From Clostridiales bacterium (GTDB taxonomy: Bacteria; Bacillota; Clostridia; Peptostreptococcales; Natronincolaceae): a DNA stretch of 33,778 nucleotides. Within the stretch, counting starts at the first letter, position 1; each line of letters starts with the position of its first letter. A program made the position numbers and the translations under genes. The stretch is taken from positions 1-33,778 of the forward strand of contig JAAZJW010000307.1 of the NCBI GenBank assembly GCA_012800145.1, in the 5' to 3' direction. The notes beneath the pieces were generated by a model. It had not been told where the DNA came from, did no database searches, and was given only the letters and a program-made list of their open reading frames with translations. This document shows positions 28,794 to 33,778 of this stretch, piece after piece.

Positions 28794-29102
28794 CTATCTA
28801 TAAGTATCAATAATATCAAGCAGTTCGGCAATAAGCCTGCCAACAACAGGCAGATTGACCCAGCTCCTCATCATATACAACACAACCCCGGCCAAAATAG
28901 TAAAACCAATACCCATTCCCAACCCTCTAATCAATCCGGCAACGAAATTCATAAGAACAACCCTTTTAGGATTGTATATCATTTCAACGTATTCCGCCAT
29001 TCTCATATTATCCATTTTCTTTGATAGTTCATTTACCTTGTCTATACCGGCCATTTTGCCGGATATTTTATTACTGTCCAGATCATACTCATTTTTAGAC
29101 AT
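28794..29102 (-). CDS. Small membrane protein (DUF5665-like by recollection)
   Basis: 102 aa. Soluble N-terminus, then 'MNFVAGLIRGLGMGIGFTILAGVVLYMM' hydrophobic hairpin/TM and an amphipathic tail. ATG at 29102 lies 8 nt after GGAG. Its TAG stop overlaps the SD of the downstream zinc-finger gene. Confidence 0.7.
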   Translation of the reverse strand: MSKNEYDLDSNKISGKMAGIDKVNELSKKMDNMRMAEYVEMIYNPKRVVLMNFVAGLIRGLGMGIGFTILAGVVLYMMRSWVNLPVVGRLIAELLDIIDTYR

Positions 29103-29209
29103 AGTTACCACTCCAACATTATTTTATCCCCCAAATTAATTTCTATCCAGGGTATACATCGAGAGTCTTGTTTTTATTTTTTACCGATTTTATATTCTTC
29201 CCGGTAGTG

Positions 29210-29331
29210 TCAGACTGTGTGAAAAAGCACTTTTCCCGCTTTTTGTCATTCTGAGCGTAGCGAAGAATCTCGTTTTTAGGCCGTTTGAGATCCTTCGCTT
29301 CGCTCAGGATGACATTTTTCACACCGTCTGA
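29210..29331. repeat. Composite imperfect palindrome (REP/MITE-like structured element)
   Basis: The inner arms 29245-29271 (GTCATTCTGAGCGTAGCGAAGAATCTC) and 29287-29313 match in 24 of 27 positions around a 15-nt loop. The outer arms 29210-29226 and 29315-29331 match in 16 of 17 positions. An 18-nt bulge (29227-29244) occurs only in the left arm. The element starts 5 nt past the mtnN stop. Confidence 0.85.
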
Positions 29332-29336
29332 TGTTC

Positions 29337-30035
29337 CTATAGTGTTTCCAGCATTATTTTTACAATGTCCTTAGAATGATTGGCCGCCTCATGAACAAAC
29401 CTATTAAAATTGCCGTGTGCCGAACCATCTGCCTTGTCGGATATAGCCCTAATAACAACAAAAGGTATATTATTAACATAACAAGTATGGCCTATGGCTG
29501 CACCCTCCATTTCCGTGCAATAACCATTAAAATTTCTCAATAAATCCTGTTTCAGATTAATATCATTGACAAATATATCCCCCGAAACAATTCTCCCCTT
29601 TACTGCTTTGTTATTGGTCAACACCTTTTTGGAGGCGCCCAGTGCATTTTCTATCAGGGTTTCATTTGCCGGAAAAATAGATTTTCCCATTCTGGGAATT
29701 TCCCCTAATTTATATCCAAATCCGGTAGCATCAAAATCATGTTGCTGTACATCTGTAGAAATGACTATATCCAGTATATCCAAAGTATCCCTTATCGCAC
29801 CGGCTACCCCTATGTTTATAATTGTTTTTATATCAAACACACTTATTAAAATTTGAGCGCATATAGCAGCATTTACCTTGCCTATGCCGCATCTGACCAG
29901 AACTATTTCCCTATCTTTGATAGTGCCTATATGAAAAACCATATTAGCAACCGTTTTTGTCTCCCCGTCTTCCATTTCACTTTTTAAGATACATATTTCT
30001 TCATCCATAGCACCTATTATTCCTATTTTATTCAT
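29337..30035 (-). CDS. mtnN: 5'-methylthioadenosine/S-adenosylhomocysteine nucleosidase
   Basis: 'KIGIIGAMDEE', 'CTEMEGAAIGH' and 'RAISDKAD' motifs. ATG at 30035 follows GGTGGG. The ORF-track start at 30143 is an upstream extension that overlaps divIVA. Confidence 0.9.
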   Translation of the reverse strand: MNKIGIIGAMDEEICILKSEMEDGETKTVANMVFHIGTIKDREIVLVRCGIGKVNAAICAQILISVFDIKTIINIGVAGAIRDTLDILDIVISTDVQQHDFDATGFGYKLGEIPRMGKSIFPANETLIENALGASKKVLTNNKAVKGRIVSGDIFVNDINLKQDLLRNFNGYCTEMEGAAIGHTCYVNNIPFVVIRAISDKADGSAHGNFNRFVHEAANHSKDIVKIMLETL

Positions 30036-30052
30036 AAAAATCCCACCAATCA

Positions 30053-30081
30053 TATATAATTGTGTCCGGATCATACTACAA
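30053..30081 (-). promoter_or_regulatory. Possible promoter of mtnN
   Basis: Minus strand: TTGTAG (30076-30081), 17-nt spacer, TATATA (30053-30058). This implies a very short leader, and the -35 overlaps the divIVA terminator tail. Confidence 0.3.
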
Positions 30082-30104
30082 AAGCCGCACAGAATGCGAC
30101 TTTT
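30076..30104 (-). terminator. Rho-independent terminator after divIVA
   Basis: Minus strand AAAAGUCGCA-UUCUG-UGCGGCUUUU (10 bp including one G-U pair), followed by GU. It starts 4 nt after the divIVA stop. Confidence 0.65.
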
Positions 30105-30108
30105 ATTT

Positions 30109-30579
30109 TTAATTGCCTTGATTCTCTTTTTCCAAATCGTCATACATCTTATCCACCGAATCCAATTGTGATTGCAGTAATGCCTTAAGTCTCGTTTTAA
30201 AAATTTGTGTTCGATTTTTTATATCTTCAAACTCACCCCTAATGTTTTCCACCTCTTTGTTCGCTTTAATGACAACTTCTTTAGCCTTTGCATCAGCTTC
30301 CTGTATGATAAGCTCCGATTCTTTATGTGCATTGGTTCTTACATCCTCGGCTGTGTTTTGAGCTATTATTAAGGTCTTTTTCAGTGACTCTTCCATTTCC
30401 TTATACTGTTCTAACTGATGGTTCATTCCTTCCAGCCTATCTTTTAATTCTAGATTTTCCTTATAAAGTTTTTCATAGTCAATTATTATTTTATCTAAAA
30501 ATTCATCTACTTCATCTTCTTTATAACCCCTAATGCCTCTTCTGAATTCCTTGTTCTGTATCTCTAAAGGTGTTATCAT
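30109..30579 (-). CDS. divIVA: Cell-division/polarity protein DivIVA
   Basis: 'ITPLEIQNKEFRRGIRGYKEDEVDEFLD' is the canonical DivIVA N-terminus, followed by coiled coil. ATG at 30579 aligns with the Bacillus DivIVA start. There is no SD before the ORF-track ATG at 30630. Confidence 0.9.
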   Translation of the reverse strand: MITPLEIQNKEFRRGIRGYKEDEVDEFLDKIIIDYEKLYKENLELKDRLEGMNHQLEQYKEMEESLKKTLIIAQNTAEDVRTNAHKESELIIQEADAKAKEVVIKANKEVENIRGEFEDIKNRTQIFKTRLKALLQSQLDSVDKMYDDLEKENQGN

Positions 30580-30710
30580 ACCTGTTTTGCCACCCCCGCC
30601 ATCTATTTTAAAAGGTTTATGCAGGCTCATTACTATTTTAAAGCCTAATTTATATTAAACCTATATAGTTGCCCCGTATTTTTGTTTAAAAAAACATTAC
30701 CGAATTTGGG

Positions 30711-30983
30711 CTATAGTATTTTTATAATCATATTATATATTACTTGTGTTAAAATTATTGCCACCAAGGGGGAAAAATCCAAAAACCCCGAATAACCGAA
30801 TACATTATTAATAACGTCACGTATTGGTGCCAAAATAAGTTCAGTTACACTGTATATAAATTGTATGATAGGGTTAAGTGGATTAACTCTGAAAAACTGT
30901 AGAGCAATTCTGATTAAAATTAATATATTAATAAATTTTACCAAATGCCCTAACGTATCCGTTATTACTTGTGAAGTAAACAA
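30711..30983 (-). CDS. yggT: YggT/YlmG-family membrane protein
   Basis: 90 aa with two hydrophobic helices and an 'ILAPIR' motif. Positioned between sepF and divIVA. TTG start; the exact start is uncertain. Confidence 0.8.
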   Translation of the reverse strand: MFTSQVITDTLGHLVKFINILILIRIALQFFRVNPLNPIIQFIYSVTELILAPIRDVINNVFGYSGFLDFSPLVAIILTQVIYNMIIKIL

Positions 30984-31055
30984 AACCCATCATCTCCCAT
31001 TTTTACAATCAACCCTTTTGATCCCAATTAAACACCATACATTTACTGTTTGTTT

Positions 31056-31493
31056 TTATTTTTGCCAAGGAAACACTCCCTTGTTTTTTAGTTCTTCTTT
31101 TATGTTACCGGAAATGTCAACATTGTTCGGTGCCAAAATAAAAATCCCCGTAGAAACTTTTTGAATATTCCCATCTAACGCGTATATTGCCCCATTTAAG
31201 AAATCAAAAAATTTTTTAGCGAGATCGGAATCTGTGTTTTCCAAATTAACAATTACAGGCTTTCTATTTTTTAAATCATCTACAATACTCGGTGCTTCTT
31301 CAAAATTATCCGGTTCATAGAGCACAACCTTCATTTGCGTGGTAGTATGTATGTTAACAACCTTATTTCTCCTCCTTCCCACAACAGGAACCGTTTCCTC
31401 ACCTTCCTCCAAAAATTCCTCTTCAATTTCGTCATCCTCAAACGCATCAAACCCCATGAAAATTTTTACCTTATCAATTAATTTTGCCGACAT
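31056..31493 (-). CDS. sepF: Cell division protein SepF (YlmF)
   Basis: An acidic linker is followed by 'VVLYEPDNFEEAPSIVDDLKNRKPVIVNLE' and 'DFLNGAIYALDG' (SepF core). AAGGAGGG SD. Confidence 0.9.
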   Translation of the reverse strand: MSAKLIDKVKIFMGFDAFEDDEIEEEFLEEGEETVPVVGRRRNKVVNIHTTTQMKVVLYEPDNFEEAPSIVDDLKNRKPVIVNLENTDSDLAKKFFDFLNGAIYALDGNIQKVSTGIFILAPNNVDISGNIKEELKNKGVFPWQK

Positions 31494-31516
31494 AGCAAAT
31501 ACCCTCCTTTAATTTT

Positions 31517-32212
31517 TTATTTTGAATAGCCCCTTTCACCAAATATAGAGGTACCGACACGTATAATGTTTGCACCCTCTTGAATAGCAATCTCAAAATC
31601 ATTGGACATCCCCATAGATAAATATTTCATCCTAACATTTGATAATTCCATTTTAACAACCTGGTTGAATATGTTTTTAAGTGTTCTGAAACATTGTCTA
31701 ACTTGTTCCTTGTCACCAACATGGGGGGCTATTGTCATTAAACCGACAATTTTTATGTTGTTCAAAGGCGCAATTTCCTTTAAAACATGTTTTATATCAT
31801 TCGGACTAATGCCATACTTAGTTTCCTCTCCTGAAACATTTACCTGTAACAGGCATTCAATCATACGATTTATATTTTTTGCCCTTTTGTTAATTTCCTT
31901 TGCCAGCCTATAAGAATCGAGTGAATGTATAATGTCCACCTTGTCAATAATATATTTGACCTTGTTACGCTGAAGGTGTCCGATTAAATGCCATTTAACA
32001 GCATTTCCAATCTGTTCATACTTTCTTAATAACTCCTGTACTCTACTTTCACCTATATGTAAAATACCATAACCTATAGCTTCTTTTATAACATTCACAT
32101 CAACAGTTTTGGTAACAGCTACAAGTTTAATGTCAGATAATTTTTGATTGGAGATAATCGCTGCATCCTCTACCCTAGCCAGAACATGTTCAATATTTTC
32201 TTTTAACGCCAA
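31517..32212 (-). CDS. yggS: YggS/YlmE-family pyridoxal-phosphate homeostasis protein
   Basis: 'LVAVTKT' (PLP lysine), 'HLIGHLQRNK' and 'LSMGMSNDFEIAI' motifs. I favour TTG 32212, 8 nt after AGGAG. The ORF-track GTG at 32221 is part of the SD-like TAGGAGTG. Confidence 0.88.
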   Translation of the reverse strand: MALKENIEHVLARVEDAAIISNQKLSDIKLVAVTKTVDVNVIKEAIGYGILHIGESRVQELLRKYEQIGNAVKWHLIGHLQRNKVKYIIDKVDIIHSLDSYRLAKEINKRAKNINRMIECLLQVNVSGEETKYGISPNDIKHVLKEIAPLNNIKIVGLMTIAPHVGDKEQVRQCFRTLKNIFNQVVKMELSNVRMKYLSMGMSNDFEIAIQEGANIIRVGTSIFGERGYSK

Positions 32213-32227
32213 TCCAAACACTCCTAC

Positions 32228-33547
32228 TTATCTTATTCTTCTACCTTCTTTTACTTTTATTTTACCTGCATCCATCACTATTTCATCATATAAATTAACC
32301 GTTTTTGTCTTTTCCGTATCATTTGGGTCGTCCTTTGATTTCTGTTCAAAACAACCATCATAAAGTATGGAGAATTCTTTGTTAGAAACCCTGATCTTTA
32401 CCGGTTTAAAATTAGGAATACCATTAACATCTACGGTATATACACCCTTTATGCCTTCTTTTTCTACTATGGCAGAATTGGGAACTATTGCTCCCTCATG
32501 TTGGCTCAGTATAATTTCTACCGTTATTTTTCTCACATTATAAAAATCAGCTATAAATTCATCTAGATCAAAAATGATTATTTTCTTATCTTTTTCATCT
32601 ACAATGTTGCGCACAACAGCCTTTAATTCCTTATTTTGTTCCTCAGTCCTAATCCGAACATTTTTACCTTTTTTTATTTCCTTTGCTTGCTCCTTGTCTA
32701 TTTCGACGATAATACTCCATTTGTGATTTTTTATGATTCTGATGACAGACCCTTTGTTCCGGACCTCTTCCGGGGATAAATTTAAATTACTATCTCTTAA
32801 AAACCCAAATTGTTTACCGGTGATTTCGTGAAGTAGTTTATAATTTAATAATTCCTCAAGACCATCACTGCTCATGGCAACAAAACCAGGTGAATCGCTA
32901 TAAATAGTTTGAACCGAAGAATTAACTTTATTCTCCAACCGGCTTTTTTGTTGTTCTAATTGGGTAATATTTTTACCTGAAAAACTTCTTTCTCCGGCAA
33001 TAACGCTTTTTTTGTCCAGTAGTTCCTTTAATTCCTCCCCAAGATTGGTTATCCTTTCATATCTTTCTTCCTTCAAATCTTGCTGTATGGATTTTACCAG
33101 AACTGATATTTGTTTTTCAAGTTTTTGGATGTCATCTTTAAAAAAATCCTGCTCATCCCGTTTTCCTTTAATATTTTGTAATCTTAGATTAATTGATTCA
33201 AGATCCTTTTTGGGTTTCTCATCTAGCTGCTCTAAATGAATCTCAGCCAATTTTTGGCCCATTGCAACTTTGTCTCCTTCAGAAACAAAATATTTTATAT
33301 CCCCCTCGCCAATAGTCGTGAGTATTTTTTCCTCCCTTGCAACAAAACCCACAGATTCTACAGATTTTTCAATTTTGCCATACTCGATTACGCAGGTACT
33401 TTGAGCCGATGCATTCAATAAAGGCACCATACGTGAACCAAAGTATAGAACAATAATCAAAATAGCTAGACAAAACCCCTTACTTCTACGCCTTTTTGTT
33501 TTTTTAGATTTCTTGACATTTCTCAAAAAATCACCCACCAAACCCAC
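32228..33547 (-). CDS. HlyD-like membrane-fusion (periplasmic adaptor) family protein, orphan
   Basis: Basic N-terminus plus one TM ('FCLAILIIVLYFG'). Lipoyl-like hairpin ('GDIKYFVSEGDKVAMGQKLAEI'), a coiled coil of about 130 aa, and a beta-rich C-terminus. The start is ambiguous between GTG 33547, GTG 33538 and TTG 33526. Confidence 0.7.
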   Translation of the reverse strand: MGLVGDFLRNVKKSKKTKRRRSKGFCLAILIIVLYFGSRMVPLLNASAQSTCVIEYGKIEKSVESVGFVAREEKILTTIGEGDIKYFVSEGDKVAMGQKLAEIHLEQLDEKPKKDLESINLRLQNIKGKRDEQDFFKDDIQKLEKQISVLVKSIQQDLKEERYERITNLGEELKELLDKKSVIAGERSFSGKNITQLEQQKSRLENKVNSSVQTIYSDSPGFVAMSSDGLEELLNYKLLHEITGKQFGFLRDSNLNLSPEEVRNKGSVIRIIKNHKWSIIVEIDKEQAKEIKKGKNVRIRTEEQNKELKAVVRNIVDEKDKKIIIFDLDEFIADFYNVRKITVEIILSQHEGAIVPNSAIVEKEGIKGVYTVDVNGIPNFKPVKIRVSNKEFSILYDGCFEQKSKDDPNDTEKTKTVNLYDEIVMDAGKIKVKEGRRIR

Positions 33548-33654
33548 AAATAATATTAATCATATAGTTCTCCATTTTCCTAAAAAACCCTTCAAATGTG
33601 TCCTATTTATTTTTATAACATCCAAATATTAAAATTATTTGGGACTTTTTTACC

Positions 33655-33689
33655 ATTATAAAAGACCCTTAAAGAATTAGGGGTCTTCT
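33655..33689 (-). terminator. Probable terminator of the gene entering from the right edge
   Basis: Minus strand AAGACCC-(12-nt loop)-GGGTCTT followed by TTATAAT, about 15 nt after the stop at 33704-33706. Confidence 0.5.
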
Positions 33690-33703
33690 ATAAATAAAAA
33701 CCT

Positions 33704-33778
33704 TTAAAATCTGGTAAAAAATTTGCCATACCTGCTGATAACCTTAAGGTTCCTGATAGATTTAATGTTAAGTTTAAC
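33704..33778 (-). CDS. 3' end of an unidentified CDS truncated by the window edge
   Basis: Open minus-strand frame from the window edge (...VKLNIKSIRNLKVISRYGKFFTRF*) ending at TAA 33704-33706. A terminator-like hairpin follows about 15 nt downstream. The fragment is too short to identify. Confidence 0.3.
   Translation of the reverse strand, partial: VKLNIKSIRNLKVISRYGKFFTRF

Noticed and set aside
30036-30143. ORF-track N-terminal extension of mtnN (MTIWKKRIK...)
   Set aside because: The extension overlaps the divIVA 3' end and its terminator. The MtnN homology signature 'MNKIGIIGAMDEE' starts at the internal ATG 30035, which has GGTGGG upstream. Analogous over-extensions were trimmed for rsmD, fakA, thiN, rpe, rsgA, remA, yicC, pyrR, divIVA and the yteA-like gene.

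Overview
The window looks like conserved chromosomal core from a low-GC, endospore-forming Bacillota (Clostridia-like) organism. All calls come from motif recognition by eye; no database search was run. I support about 38 intact CDSs with no frameshifts. All lie on the minus strand except tmcAL, ylbJ, rpmB and rqcH.

Gene order matches three Bacillus subtilis blocks joined together:
- ylb block: tmcAL(ylbM), ylbJ, coaD, rsmD.
- ylo block: recG, fakA/yloV, asp23/yloU, rpmB, thiN, rpe, rsgA, prkC, prpC, rsmB, fmt, def, priA, coaBC, rpoZ, gmk, remA, yloC/yicC, rqcH.
- yly/ylm block: pyrR, rluD, lspA, a ylyA/yteA-like gene, divIVA, yggT, sepF, yggS.

I see no tRNA, rRNA, CRISPR array, transposase, integrase or recognisable defence genes. 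I do not see a convincing novel multi-gene system, so most of the window is ordinary housekeeping DNA.

The items most worth a second look are:
1. A 122-bp two-tier imperfect palindrome (REP/MITE-like) at 29210-29331. It sits at a synteny break where Bacillus carries ileS.
2. A small membrane protein translationally coupled to a long YteA/YlyA-type DksA-like zinc-finger protein, just upstream of lspA.
3. An unlisted 55-codon membrane ORF in the slot where Bacillus has spoVM.
4. An orphan HlyD-like membrane-fusion protein, with a Shine-Dalgarno-equipped upstream mini-ORF, at the head of the yggS-sepF-yggT cluster.
5. A conserved-looking coiled-coil protein of unknown function abutting ylbJ.
6. 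Expected neighbours that are missing: rlmN, ylmH, ileS and sdaA.

Several ORF-track starts are upstream over-extensions. I re-called them using Shine-Dalgarno spacing and the stop codon of the adjacent gene.
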